This document shows, in pieces, positions 49,632 to 64,000 of a DNA stretch of 64,000 bases (its first letter is position 1; each line of letters begins with the position of its first letter). The notes under the pieces were generated by a model. That model was not told where the DNA came from. It did no database searches and was given only the letters and a program-made list of their open reading frames with translations. The position numbers and the translations under genes were made by a program. Location of the stretch: the NCBI RefSeq assembly GCF_026210795.1, contig NC_089435.1, positions 4,650,001-4,714,000 on the forward strand, in the 5' to 3' direction. The DNA comes from Rhizophagus irregularis. Its lineage: Eukaryota.

Positions 49632-51136
49632 CTTCAGGTATTAGATATACTATAATCAAATACATTTCAAACAAATTCAACTCCATCATATTAAAGATCA
49701 TTAATTTGTCCTTGAAAATAGAAGTTGTACCAGACCAGTGGAAACAGTCACTTATTTATCCGATTCCAAACCCGCAAAAATTTGATTATATTTTGGCCAA
49801 CATGCGTCCCATAGTATTACTAGATAATATCAGGAAATCTGTTACTAAATTATTGACAAACCGATTAAGTACAATTTTGATATATAATAAAGTTTTACGC
49901 AGATTGAATTTTTGCAGTTTTAAGGGAGAAGACATAGCAATACTGTTACATTTAATGAATGATATAATTGAAGATGCAAGGGAAAATGGAAAAGAACTCT
50001 AGGTGGTAAACCAAGATATGATGAAAGCATACGATTTAGTTAGCCTAAAGAGTTTACAGCTTGCATTAAAAAGGCTAGACATACCAGAAAAATTTATTTT
50101 ATAGATTACAGGATTATTCAAAAATAGACAAATGAGTGTAATTACAGCATTTGGCCCTAGTCCAACCTTTATAGAGGGAGACGGTATTGACCAGAGTGAT
50201 GCGATTTCACCTTTACCCTGGAGAATTTTTTACGATTCTTTGCTTGTAACTATTCAACAAGCATGCAATCAACAACAAGGATATGAAATGGTAAATACTT
50301 GGCCATTGGATATTCAGGATCGATCAACATAGCAACAATATAGACTAAGGGTACCAGTTATAGCCTATATAAATGATACGAGTTATTTGGATAGTTTGGG
50401 GGATAAAATTCAGGCATCAATTAATATAGCCACACAATTCTATTATTTCCATGATGTAGATATAAATGGGAAAAAGTCTGAGCTGATGGTAATAAATCCT
50501 AAAGTACCTAAAGATGAATTATATATCACTATTGGATATGACAACTCAAAGGTCTAAGCCACAGATAAAGAGATACGGTATTTAGGATACTATTTCTCTT
50601 CTTCCAATTTAAGGAAAAGATCAATCAAAAGAATCAAGGATATAATTGAAAAATTTTTGAATCCTATTAGAAGAAAACGTATTACAGTAGAACATATTGC
50701 ATATCTTATTAATCACGTTCTTATCCCAAGAGTGGTATATGTGGCCCAATTAATGACATTATCAGAAAATGAATGGAATCTTTTGTTTACTCCAGTGATC
50801 AAGTTAGTTAGGCAGATATGTAGGTTGTCTAGAAGTTATCCAACATCAGCAATATATCATCAATACATCTTAGGAATTAGTAATTCATGAAATCAAATAT
50901 GTGCAAATCAGATCGCTGCTTTTTTATATCTAATAAATAGTAATTCACCAACATCTAGATCTATAATGATAAGATGTAGGACTGCACAGTTGCAATTGGC
51001 CATATATGACAATATTTTTGAACATGAATCAGGATCATTATTTCTAGGACATCAAGAAGCAAAATCTAACCTAAGTCTATATAATATTATTATAGCCCAG
51101 AAATTAAATATTATCATACAACAAGATTACATAAAT

Positions 51137-51475
51137 CAGTGATGGCAAATGACTAGGTCATTTGCCCATTTTGAGATGACCTCCGAATGACCTTTGAATG
51201 ACCTAGTCATTTAGGTCATTTGTCATTTGAGTCATTTAAAATTAATGCTTTATAATTCAGGCCAAGTTAATGATGCCGGCCAGAATTATGAACTTCTAAT
51301 ATCATGTGAAAATTTTATCCATGAAATAGTGAAATTGTATGAATAGTTCTGGCCAGAATTATGATGTAATTTTTAAATGACTAGGTCATTTGTCATTTAA
51401 TGTTGAAATGACCCAAATGACACGTGACCAGTCATTTGAGTCATTTGAGGTCATTTGGGTCACTGGCCAACACTG
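51137..51475. mobile_element. hAT-type MITE (339 bp) inside the LINE
   Basis: TIR CAGTG.TGGC.A.TGAC. TSD ACATAAAT. Many GTCATTT subterminal motifs. Confidence 0.92.
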
Positions 51476-54400
51476 ACATAAATAGGTCAACATGAACTAT
51501 TAATGATGGAAACATGGCTATTAGAGAAATATTTATAACACATAGATGCCTTAATTTATTACAAAAAATTGGAACTTCAAATTCATACCCACTTATATAT
51601 GCTAGCCAATTAATGTTACCTTCTGGACATACTATGAGTTGGGTATATTATCGTTTCATTGTAGGACTATCAGCAAAAGGACGCATAGCCAAATGGTTTC
51701 AATTATTAACCCGATGGATTAAAGGATATCAGCACCAGAAATGCCTAGACATTCCTTATTTAACTTTTTGAATAATATATTACAACCAGTATCAGAAGAC
51801 AAGCGAAAATACCCATATGTTATAATAAAAGATAAAAACAATGAAGTCTCAGTAGGATTTGTTAAGAAAAGAACATAAATAAAGAAAAATGATGAAAAAA
51901 TTGAATGTTTAATTATAGAAGTTTGTAATATTGAAATATATTCAGATAATTCTCAAAAAGCAATTATTCAGAAACAGAAATGTTCCAAGATAATTACAAT
52001 AACCCAACATAATGCATTAGTATTACCAATTTTTATTCGTTTATCAACAGGTGCAATTACACATATCAACTGGTATTATATAGTGGAATCGTTAAATAGA
52101 ACTAAAAATATTTTAGCAAATAGTGATATACAACAATTAGAAAAAACACCTACAATTAATTTGAATGGAGATAATTTAGGTCTATAGATCAATCAATGGA
52201 TCGAGCAAGATACACTTAAACAAGAACTTACAAATATAAGACATCAATTAAAGTTATTGAAAAATATTGAATATTATACAGATGGATCACTGGCTAATCG
52301 GACTATAAATAATAATGACCTTTTACATAAAGCAGATAATACTACTGTGGATTTAGGGGCAGCATTCTATACAAGTAATGAATTAGGAGAATTTTCGGTA
52401 TATTCATATTTATCTTTATGGCCGTTATCAACCAGGGGAGAAATAGTAGCTATTTTTTTAGTATTGTTAACAGCATCAGAAAATTCTAATGTAACTATTT
52501 ATACAAACAGCTTAGGTGCTATTAATTCAATTAATTCAGCTTTTAATTCAACAACTAGAATATGGCTTAAAAAGACCAATAATCTAATCATTATTAAAAT
52601 AATTATGCTGATCAGAGAAGCACCTATAAATTTAAAGTTGGTTAAAATAAAGGATCATAGTGGCATAATAGGCAATGATATAGTTGATGAATTAGCAAAG
52701 AAAGGACAATATGGAAACAATTTATTCAGGAATAATGTAGATTTTATTAATAATATATTAACTTATTTTCCTGTTTTTATAGATAAACCTATTGAAGTTA
52801 ATATTAGAAGATTTATTTTGAAAATATTAGCTACAAGTGAAGCTACTGAATGGTCATTGTTAAAAAATAATCAAAAATTATGTTATGGAGATGTTAATCA
52901 GATAGACTGGAAAATTACTTGGCTTATTTTCCATTATTGCAAGGGGTTTCACTGCAATAGTATGAGAATCAACTATTTATGGACTTTTATAGCAAAATTA
53001 TTTCATAAAATCCTTCTATTAGGATCCATTTTAGCAATAAGAAAACTAAAACTCTACAAGGAAATGAAATGTATTATGAAATGTAATAAGAAGGAAAATT
53101 GGAATCATTTATGAGTTTGAATGTCAGGCATATGAGGTAGCTTGGCAAAAAATATTGGAAATTACAACAAAAGAATCTATAATTATATGTTTGAAACAAA
53201 AACAAATTAGATGCTAAGGTGAAGATTTTATTAGAAAAGTATTACAAAACATATTAGGAATTATAGCAAAATCAGAAAAATTTCAAAAGTTCCAACATTT
53301 GGCATTAGAAGTAAATGTTGAAACTTGCCTAACAATAAGATTACAAAAAGACTTCAAGATATTTTTTGCTGAAGCACAGACATTTATGGCCAACATTTAA
53401 TTTGATTCATTCTAGCATTTAAAGAATTAATATGGAAACCAAGATGTGAACAAGTTATTTTATAGGAAAAAAGAAGAGGTATTTCTCAAACAGATAAAAT
53501 TACTTTAGAATCCAAAGCAAAGGACAATTCAAATCAACTTTCAGAATTCAAAGTAAAGGACAATTCAAATCAACTTACAAATAAAGTTAAAGATTTACAA
53601 ATAGGAAAAGTAGATCGATTACAAAAATCAGTCTCTTTAGTAAAGAAATCTATGGACACCTTTGTAAGGAAATACATATGTAAGGATTGGATTCTGATAA
53701 AAAAGAAAGTTAATAATGAAGATTACGTTATATATGAGCAAAAAATTAATAGATACAAAAATAATATTTTTATTCTTTTCTCATTTATATTTATTTTTAT
53801 TTATAATTTTAGACATATAATTTATTAATTATTGTTAATTTTAATTTTATTTTTAATTTTTTTTTTGTTTTTCTTTTAATGTTTTATTTTTGTTTATACT
53901 TTTAGATTATGGTATATTATTTTGCTATGCTTTTTGATTACTTTTATTCTTAATTTTAATTTTATTGGTAATATAATATCTAATGTTTGATTGGACTGGC
54001 CTGGAGCTGGAAGTATCATTCATAGAATATTTGTGATTATTATGTAGTCCAAATATATTCTAATAAAATGGTACATAATTCAACATTTTAAAAAAAAAAA
54101 AAAAATTTTTAATATATAATAACATAAATTTCAAAGAATATACATTTGAAATTTCACAATTCTAACTTTTACACAGCTATATTCATTAAAAAAGGAAGCT
54201 TTGTAATTATCAAATTACTTAAATAAAAATAGTGAATACTCTATTTTTATTAATTACTTAAAAATTATATAATGCTTAAAATTTTAATATATAATAATAT
54301 AGACTTTAAAGAATACAAAGTCAAATTTTTATGCTTTTAACTATATAGCTATAATTATTTATTTAAAAAATAAAAATATTAATATTTATTTTTTAAACCT

Positions 54401-55011
54401 GTAATTTTCAAATAATATATAAATTAAAGTATTTTATTATGTAAAATTTTAAAAATGTGAAAATACAGTATTATTGTTTTAAAAATTAAAATTCTTTCAA
54501 TTTTTTATATAATTCATATAAAAATAAAAACAAGGATAAAGAAATTTAATGCATATATTTTAATCAGAATTCTATATTATTATATATATATTAAAATTTC
54601 TGTTATTTTATTTTTTTTTTATGATTTATAATTTATATACCATTTAAAATTTCTGTTATTATTATTATATACAATTCTTAAATAAATAGATAATAACAGA
54701 TTATTTATTTAATTTTATAACTAATTATCAATATTTTTCTTTTTAAATTTCTATAATTAATATAGTTGCATAAAAACTAAGACTATAAAATTTTTAATAT
54801 AGAGTCTATATTATCATATATTTTAATTTTAAGTATTATTTTTATGTATAATTTTGAATAATTAACATAAATAGAAGATCCACTACTTTTATCTAAGTAG
54901 TGTATATTTTATAGAAATTGAATAAATTTATAATAAATTTTTTGCAATATACATTTTAATTGGTATATCAGCTAATCAGAAAAGTTTCCTATAATTTAAT
55001 ATATTAATGAC

Positions 55012-55188
55012 TATACATGCCACCCAAATTATTTTGGATTGCCGTAATTATAAGTAAAATCCCAAATTCAATTATGACATCCCAAATTATTTTGGCACTT
55101 TACATAGTAAATTATATATAGACTGAATGAATTATGGCATCCCAAATTATAATTATGGCATCCCAAAATAATTTGGGCAGTATGTATA
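55012..55188. mobile_element. Small MITE (177 bp)
   Basis: TIR TATACAT...CCCAAATTATTTTGG. Flanking repeat TTAATGAC (55004-55011, 55189-55196). Confidence 0.7.
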
Positions 55189-55809
55189 TTAATGACAATA
55201 AGTAATCTAGTATCAGTTAAATAATGAATCCATCAATTGAGCTTAAATATTAATTGGTTTAATTTTTTCAATCAGCCAATATGGATTTAATTAAAATTAC
55301 TGGTAAATCAATATGAATATAAGATTTCTTTAATATAAATATATAGCATATTTCCACTTTAACTAGTGAGAAAGAAATTTATGAAAAGCTTTTACTGCCA
55401 TTTATTGATTATAAATCAGAAAAAATTGGCCAAAATATATGAAGAAATGAAGGATGATTCTGCTTAACTTTGCTAAGAACTAATATGCAATTTTTTAAAA
55501 GTAAATAAAATTTATGATCCAAACATTATTTTAAAAAATAGATTCAAATTACTTTGAAACATTTATGAAACCTTTATAAAAATCCATCTGACTTTTTATA
55601 TTAAAATCAGTATGAAAATTGGTTTACAATTTATAATCTGTTTAAAAATTACTTTAATTTCTTAATAAAATATTCAAAAATATCTAAAAAACAAATGCAT
55701 TATCAATTACTTTAGCAAATAGGAAAAACTAAGTTAAAAAATCAAAATAAAGAAAATTAACTAGCAGAAAAATTAATGAAATTATTCATTATTTAACTTA
55801 TAATATAGA

Positions 55810-57541
55810 ATTGGATGTATTTGAAGTTGCAAGATCCTTATAAATGATGGAGATAATAAAAACTTTTTATTGGATTTTTTAAAATACTGCTGAAGACTTT
55901 AAAAGATATTTTGATTGATATAATAAGATCAAAATGATATAATGATAAGAAAATGAATAAGTTGGTGACTATTAGTATCTTGCATTTTACTATAATATTT
56001 AGTTTGTAAAGTTATAGTTAATTAAAGAATTTATATATATTTTTCCAAAAAATGATATTTATTTTATCTCCATTACTTTTTTAAAACAAGCCTTTTAGAT
56101 TAGATTTTTTAAATTTCTAATTTCTTTTTTTAAAGTTAAAAATAATTTAAAATACTTGAATTCATTAAACAGAAATTTTTAAAGAAAAATGATTTTAAGG
56201 ATAAGAATCTTAATTATTCAGAAATCTTAGACAATGACTAAAAGTTCAGGATTTTTCTTAATCTGTAACAATTCTTAAAAACAAAATTTCTATTGTATAT
56301 TACTTTGAAATATTATATAAAAAGAAAAATAAACCAAATAAAAAACTCTGGAGAAAATAACAAATATAAAGAAAAGAGCCAAATAAAATGATACAGGTTT
56401 AATAATAGAATAGAGGTATTGCCAAAAATTAGCTGATTTGAAAAAGGATAAAAGGAGCTAAGCTTTAAATTAAAACTATATATATTATATGATATTTATA
56501 TATTTAAAAAAAAATATAAATAATTTAATTGTCTAAAGTGTAGTAAAGGATTATTTATTATATAGAATTAGTAGTATTAAGATTCTGCTTACTTATAATA
56601 AAGATTATTATAAAAAATTGGCCCTTTACTAATAGTTTTTTCTTTACTTTATCCTTAAATTTTATTAGTTATTGGATGCATTTGAAATTGCAAGATCCTT
56701 TATAAATGATGGAGATAAAAACTTTTTATTGGATTTTTTAAAATACTGCTGAAGACTTTAAAAAATATTTTGGTTGATATAATAAAATCAAAATGATGTA
56801 ATGATAAGAAAATGAATAAGTTGGTGACTATTGGTATTTTGCATTTTCACTATAATATTTAGTTTGTAAGGTTATAGTTAATTAAAGAATTTATATATAT
56901 CTTTTCAAAAAATAATATTTATTTTATCTCCATTACTTTTTTAAAACAAGCCTTTTAGATTAAATTTTTTTAAATTTCTAATTTCTTTTTTTAAAGTTAT
57001 AAAAAATAATTTAAAATACTTGAATTCATTAAACAGAAAATTTTAAAGAAAAATGATTTTAAGGATAAGAATCTTAATTATTCAGAAATCTTAGATAATG
57101 GCTAGAAGTTTAGGATTTTTCTTAACCTGTAACAATTCTTAAAAACAAAATTTTTATTATATATTACTTTGAAATATTATATAAAAAGAAAAATAAATCA
57201 AATAAGAAACTCTGGAGAAAATAACAAATATAAAAAAAAGAGCCAAATAAAATGATACAAGTTTAATAATAGAATAAAGGCATTGCCAAAAATTAGCTGA
57301 TTTGAAAAAGGATAAAAGGAGCCAAGCTTCAAATCAAGTTTATATATATTATATGATATTTATATATTTAAAAAAAAATATAAATAATTCAATTGTTTAA
57401 AGTATAGCAAAGGATTATTTATTATATAGAATTAGATAAATTTGTAGTATTAAGATTTTGCTTACTTATAATAAAGATTATTATAAAAAATTGGCCTTTA
57501 CTATAGTTTTTACTTTACTTTTTTCTTAAATTTTATTAGTT
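55810..57541 (+). repeat. ~861-bp tandem duplication
   Basis: 55810-56670 and 56671-57541 are colinear, both starting ATTGGATG.ATTTGAA.TTGCAAGATCC. Confidence 0.92.
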
Positions 57542-58936
57542 AATTAGTTAAAAAAAAAAAAATCATAACAATGTAACATAAAATTTCCTTTTATAGTAAG
57601 ATCTGCAAAAAAATTTATACATGATTTTTACTATACTTTTCGTCAAAATGACAAAATACTAATTAAATTTATTTTGACAGACGTAATGTATTTTGACAGA
57701 CGTAATTAATTCATAGTAATTTTATAATAAATAGTGAATTGGTCCGTTCACCAAAATACGACATAATTAATTAGCGGAGAAGTATAATTTTTACCTGTAC
57801 TGCGGGCGACCTATTTTATAAATAAGCAAGATTCTGTAATATTAGTTTAATCCATGTATTTTTTCTTTCTTCTATTTACATTATTATAATTTACCTCTAT
57901 TTGTTTTATATCACATTTTTTTAACATTTTATTTTTAGCAACATATTTTATAATACTTTATCACATTTTTGTAACCATTTATATATATATGTAAATTATT
58001 GTTAGTATTAAATGTATTAAGTGATAAACTTCTGTTTTTTTAGTTATTTTTATATACAATTATTATAATGCAATTATTTTAACTTCTAGTAATCTAATTT
58101 TAATGAATTTTTTTTTAATTTATAGTTATTTAATTCTGCAAAGTTAGCTTTACAAATATATATATATATATATATATAATGTTTGTTTAAAATTGAATTA
58201 CTAGAGGTCAATTTAATATTTAATAATAAAAATTTTTTTTAGTTATTCAGATTTCAATCAAATAGAGATGAAGTATCATCTAATAGATAAATTAAATTTT
58301 TATTTATAAAGAAATTTAGGGTGATCTAACATAATTAGGTTTATTTTAAACTTTTATCTTTAATTATTTCCAAAAGAATAATATATTAATTGTTTATATT
58401 TTAAAACTTCATATAAATTGGTGAATCATCTAGATGGTTAAAACTTTTGCTGACACTATTATAATTAAAGTTTTACAATTTAATTTGATATTTTAAATTT
58501 GATTTGATTTGATTTAAAAATTCTTTAATTTAATTAATCAGTTTAATAAATATTTAATATTTGATTTGAATTTAATTTAAAGAATATATTTTTTTCACAT
58601 CTATAATATATTGCATTTTCCTTTTTTGGTAATTTTTATAAATTATTTTGATTACATGACTTTATTAAGATTGCGCATTTTTTAAAAAATCCTAATATAA
58701 GATTTTATGCACTTACTATATACTATAAAAAACTTTATACTATGCATATTTTTGACTGCTTTATAAGTAGTTTTCTTAATATATCAAAAAGGATTTAAAA
58801 TGTCATTTTTAATTTTTATATGTAATACATTATAAGGATACAACATAATGCAGGTGTAATAAAAATAAAATCCTTAATTTAAATTAATTTTGATTCGGCA
58901 AATTCAAATTAGTTTTATATTTAGGATAAATCTAAT

Positions 58937-59247
58937 TGTAACAGCCTGTTACGCGTCTTATTTGTAACAACCCAATTTTATCCAATTAAAATTTAAGATC
59001 AGGCGTAATGTAAACAAAAACAAAAGATCAGTTGTGTAACCAAGACAAAAGAATTTTTTAAAAAATTTCAAAAAACTGCTTATAACTTGAAATTTTGTCT
59101 ATAAAACTGTCTTAAGTACATTAAGTAAAAGTTTTCCAAATTAAATTTTGTTTATAAAAATTTTATTTGTAAACCATATACTAAATTTATTATTAAAAAA
59201 AAATAAAAAAAGGATGTTACAAATAAGATATGTAACAGGCTGTTACA
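58937..59247. mobile_element. MITE with TGT..ACA termini (Ginger-like ends)
   Basis: 33-bp TIR TGTAACAGCCTGTTAC...TCTTATTTGTAACA. TSD is unclear (only AAT). Confidence 0.7.
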
Positions 59248-62200
59248 AATATTATATTTAATTTAATTTGATTTTAAGGAACTCTAATTATAATCCATTT
59301 GGATTTTTAACAGATATTAAAATGTATTGTACAAGATCTTTTAAATCATTTAAAAATATTTTAATATAAATTCTGAATTTAAATATTAAGCAACTTAAAC
59401 TTTTATGTGATTGGCCAATAGATTTTGCTATATGAAGTATTTTTAACGATTTTTTTAGTTTTATAACAGAATTATATGAAACATTGGACATATATATTTC
59501 AGTGGAAAATAACTTTAACTTAATTTACATGGAACTAATAGTTTTAATTCAAAATCAGAAAGATTATGATATTTTAATGGATTGCAAAATGAATAATGAA
59601 TTGAAAAAAAAAATCATTTTTAAAGAAAAATAATATTTCTATGGCTATTAATATAATTTCAAAATAAATTGATTCTTTTTTTTCATTAGATAATAATATT
59701 CCTAAATTAAATATTGAAGAGCTTGCTAAACAAGTTGATTTAGTGAAAATTATTTAATGTACTTTATTATTTTTAACTCCAATAACTACAGATTAATTTT
59801 ATTTTATTTAAATAATCTAGTATTCATTTATTAATAAAAATTGATTTTAACTTCTAAATCATTATTTTTTTTAAATATTCAATATATTCTTCTAGATGGC
59901 TAATTAAATTTTACTTAAATGATAGAAATTTATGCTAAATATGAACCTTACAATTTAAAAGTATTGGAATACAAATATTGTGACAAATAGATTGCAAAAA
60001 ATAGTAATTCTAAAATAAAGCAAATCATATTGTTGCATATTCTATTAACTAGGTAACGGGATTTGTTGTAATATCTGAAGCACTTATTTAAAATCATGCA
60101 TCAGGTGTGTCACCAAAAATCTGATCACGTGATAATAATCAATAATAACATCTTATTGGTTAATCATGGATAGACATACCTTGCATTACAATGTGTCTAA
60201 CCGTTAATATCTTCTGCTACGCTTTGGATAATAATAATAAAATTTAGAAATGTGATTTATTATATAATACTATGAAAAGCATTGGATAAAAAGCAGAAAA
60301 TTATAGCAGTGAATTTTATGCAGAATCTAAAAATAAGAAAAAATGAAATGTTAATTCATTTATTTATAAAAGTAAGTTTTTGTATATATATTTATCATAT
60401 CTTTATATATTTTTTTGTTATATTTTTAATAATTAATTTATTTTTTTCAGTTCTGAATATTAATGTTAATACTGGTAACAGTAAAAACAAAAAAATGAAG
60501 TTGAGTAGTATAAAATGAAACAAAGAAAATGCTGAAATAGTAAGCTTCAGGAAAAGCTTTTGGAATAAATGGAATGATTTTGCATTTCATTGGGATGGAT
60601 ATTGGGCAAATTTTTAGACCACCTAGAGATTTTGGTTGTATCACTATTTGTAATAGTAATATAACTGCATTTTAGTTTTTTCTTATTTGTATAAGTTTAA
60701 TATGTAAGTAAGCATAGTTATAATATGACAAGACTGCATTTATAATTTAAAAAAAAAAAAATTATTAACTTTATAATAAAAATATTTTTTATATAAATAT
60801 TAAGTATAAATAAAATATAAAATTTATATTATTAATTGTATTAATTTTATATTTATAATAAAAAATTAATTTTTATATACACATTAATTATATCAAAATT
60901 ATTATATAAATTGAATTATAAATAATTACAAAGAATTTAAAGTACATATCTATAACTTAGTATACAAACTAAGATGCGTATTGCCTGTAATTCAAACTAA
61001 AGCAGTCTAAGTCACGTGATGTGAAAGAAATCACGTGAATTTGCTATTAGTAATCAAACTATATAAATTATATAATAGTAAATTTTGAACAATCCAACTT
61101 TTTTTTACAGATTCAGGACCGGAGGAATCCGGCCGGAAAAATTTCAAACCTATAAATAATGTATATAAAAAATAATTTTACCATAAATAAATAATTATAT
61201 ACAAAATAGAAATTTCGTAGATGGCTAGATGCCCGAAAAAAAAAACTTTAAAAAATCATGTGTTCATATACGCCAATTTTCGATTTTTTTTTTTGCTCGG
61301 ACCACTTCTAAAACTTAAATTATGACACAACAATAGTCGCGTGATTGACACTTGTGACTCATTTTTAATATTGATTTCTTTGACAAAAGATTAATACGTA
61401 GTTTCCTATATATAGGTTTATTTAATGTTGCAAATCAAAATCAAAATAAACATTATTCCGTTCATTCCGTTGTATTTATTATATATTTCATTGTAAAACG
61501 GATAATCATAAATTAACATCAAAACAAAGTGATTTTTTTTTAAAAAAGGACCTTGGCATAATGATGAAAGGACAACTTTGTAAACGCGAACTATTTCATA
61601 ATGAACATGCGGAACATGCGTACAAATTATACACGATAACACGATAATGCAATTGCTATAAGTTATCTTTCCACGTAATATATGTGTCATTTGTGTCATA
61701 TGTAACGTATCGATTTGGGCAAAATAAATGACGGAACAAGTGTTACACAAAAGTTGTTCATTATGAGTTATAGTGATATATATCTTCATTTATGTAAATT
61801 GAGTCATATTACTTTTTTAAAAAATATTTATGTTTGTTAATTTTAATAAATTATGAACTGTTAATCGTTACGGTTGCGATAATTGCGGCAGATACGGTAA
61901 ATACGAGACCCTTTTTTTTTTATATCGGTGTAAACCATTATCCTTTTGAAGAATTTTAATAAAGTTTAAAAAAATTATTGTTATTATGATTCGCTCATAG
62001 TATGAAGGTTATTACGTAAACCATTTTTTATACGGAGTAATTTTTATTTAAGATTCCGTAAAATTGATTTATGGTGAAGATTTACTACAATACTGCGGTA
62101 ATATTAATTAATGATGTGTAACAAATTTTGAGAAAAAAAATTTTTAATTAAATAATTCGTCAAACTTTAACCAAATTGAGATAAATGTAATACTATTATA

Positions 62201-62707
62201 CTATTCCCGATTAAGGGATAACTCCATTACATATACCAAATAAGAGAAAAAAAAGCACAATTACAATAACCATTTTTTTACATTACAAAAAAAGTTATAA
62301 ATTTGACGTTCGATCAAATATTTGTCAAGTTAAAAATAATTTCCGCAGTACGGAAATTTTTTATTCCCAGCTTACCGTATGAGCCATTCTTTCCATTCTT
62401 TGCAATAAATAAAATAATAAAAAGGCGCAGTCGTACAACAATAGTAAGAAAAAAAAATAAAAATTTTTTTTTTTCGTATATTTTCGGTTCTATCCGTTAT
62501 ATATTATTTTAATACAAAAAAAAATTTATTTTGAAGATCCCTTTTTTTATGAAACACACAAGATTTGTATCACCTGACAAATACTTAATTGTGTATTATA
62601 TATATAAATTACCCAACTTGAGTTAAATAATCAACTCTCCCTTTTTTTTTCCTTTCCGTCGAAATTTTTTTTTTTTTTTCGTTAACAGAAACACGGTATT
62701 AAAAAAA

Positions 62708-63350
62708 ATGAACGTGAACGAAAAATCTTGTCGAAATTGTGTTGTTCTTAAAGCACAACTTGAACAACAAGAAGCTATCGTGGCCAAATATCTAAAGATA
62801 GTACAATCTCAATCGGAACTAATACAAGATTTACAGAACAAATCATCAACGGTTGGAACATCCCCAAAACCTTCACCTCGTAGGCAATATTCAACAAACT
62901 ATACGAACTATAACGGATGGGATACGACTTCCAATGATCCAAATAATAAAAAAACTCGTGGAGGTAATTTTTTTTTTTTTTACTTTACTGCGGTTATATT
63001 TAATTTTCTGATTTTACTTAATAAAGCATTTTAACAAAAAGGTTACCGCGCTTTTATCGGCTCTATTACAAGTGAAATCGACAAAGATTCATTAAAGAGA
63101 TGTCTTGAAGATTCATTTGGCAAAGTAGATAGTATTGATATTATAACTTCAAAGGTAATGTTATATTTCAATAATATTTATGTCTAATTTATTTATTATT
63201 AAACTAATTAAATATATATAATAGGCCTGTGCGTTTGCGGATTTTGCTTCACCAACCGCATATCATAATGCTGTTAGCGAAGGTGCCGTGTTAGTTAATG
63301 GAATAGCATTAAGCGTCGAAAGAGTGAGAAGACCTAAACCACGAAAATGA
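62708..63350 (+). CDS. Coiled-coil plus RRM RNA-binding protein, three exons (62708-62963, 63042-63154, 63225-63350), 164 aa
   Basis: GT-AG introns join the exons in frame. RNP2-like AFIGSI and RNP1-like KACAFADF. N-terminal CRNC followed by a heptad stretch. Confidence 0.85.
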
Positions 63351-64000
63351 ATTTACGCAAACGAAAAACACACACAACATTATCTATCATTCTTTATTTA
63401 AACGCGGGCGATTAAAAAAAAAAAAGAAATGGTTCGAGTTTTATCATTTAAATCATTTATTTTTTTTTTTTGCGATTTTGAATTTGCGACGGAAATATAT
63501 ATTATATCCTTTCCTTTAATCTATTATTTTGAATTATTATCTTACTCATTGAATGTCTATACTTTTTTTTTCATATGAAAAAAATTTCCCCCGTAGACAT
63601 TTATCTTTTTTTTTCTTTTCTTGCGATTAAAAATTAGCGTTAAAAAAATGATAATCGAAATTTTATTATTCTGTTACATCGGTTTTTGCGTTGTTTTTAT
63701 TTGCGTTGAATTCTATCATTTACTGTATGTATTACATATTTTTTTCTTTATTGCGTATATTTTTTAGTTTATTATCATTTTTTTTAAGCTAGTTTTTCTC
63801 TAAATCATTTTATTAACGAAAAAATACCCTGTAAAAAATTCCAACAAAAAAAATTGAAAAAATTTAAAAAATAACAAAATTTAAATATTATTCATAGTTT
63901 TAAAAGAAGAAAAACTATTAATAATAAAGATCTTATTCTTATCTTTTTACTTGTATCAAAAAGTAAAATAAAGATAAATTAATTATTTATTATTCGAACA

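Larger units (their letters stand above)
47180..54104 (+). mobile_element. Decayed non-LTR retrotransposon (APE-RT-RNaseH-Cys/His tail) with poly(A)
   Basis: APE: NIAAHNI, IAISETN, LGDFND. RT: RPIVLL, QDM.KAYD, GIDQSDAISP. RNaseH: YYTDGS. C..C..E..HL and IWKPRC near the end. A-tract at 54090-54104. Many stops. The 5' boundary is approximate. Confidence 0.92.

Noticed and set aside
59288..62512. Short ORFs in the AT-rich intergenic region
   Set aside because: Low complexity with no motifs, consistent with chance ORFs.

Overview
This is very AT-rich eukaryotic DNA with short GT-AG introns. Its composition and transposon repertoire suggest an arbuscular mycorrhizal fungus such as Rhizophagus (inference). 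The window is mostly nested transposable elements. Only two intact host genes are supported: an F-box protein (13352-14058) and a coiled-coil/RRM protein (62708-63350). The main element is a young full-length Ty3/Gypsy LTR retrotransposon (22525-35890) with an unusual layout. It has a ~760-aa acidic, CxxC-rich extension ahead of Gag and a TGA-CTA stop between gag and protease. RT-RNaseH is fused to a P-loop nucleoside/nucleotide-kinase-like domain, followed by an extra small ORF and a separately encoded integrase. This element and a solo LTR of the same family both have the target duplication ACGT. Both sit inside a 22-kb head-to-tail stack of segments delimited by the same 14-15-bp motif, TAAAAGGATAAAAC(T), and that stack lies inside a TA-flanked TIR element. 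Also present: a hAT transposon, a Sola3-like transposon, a decayed RNaseH-containing LINE, many MITEs and tandem micro-exon/intron arrays. All domain calls come from motif recognition by eye, with no database search.
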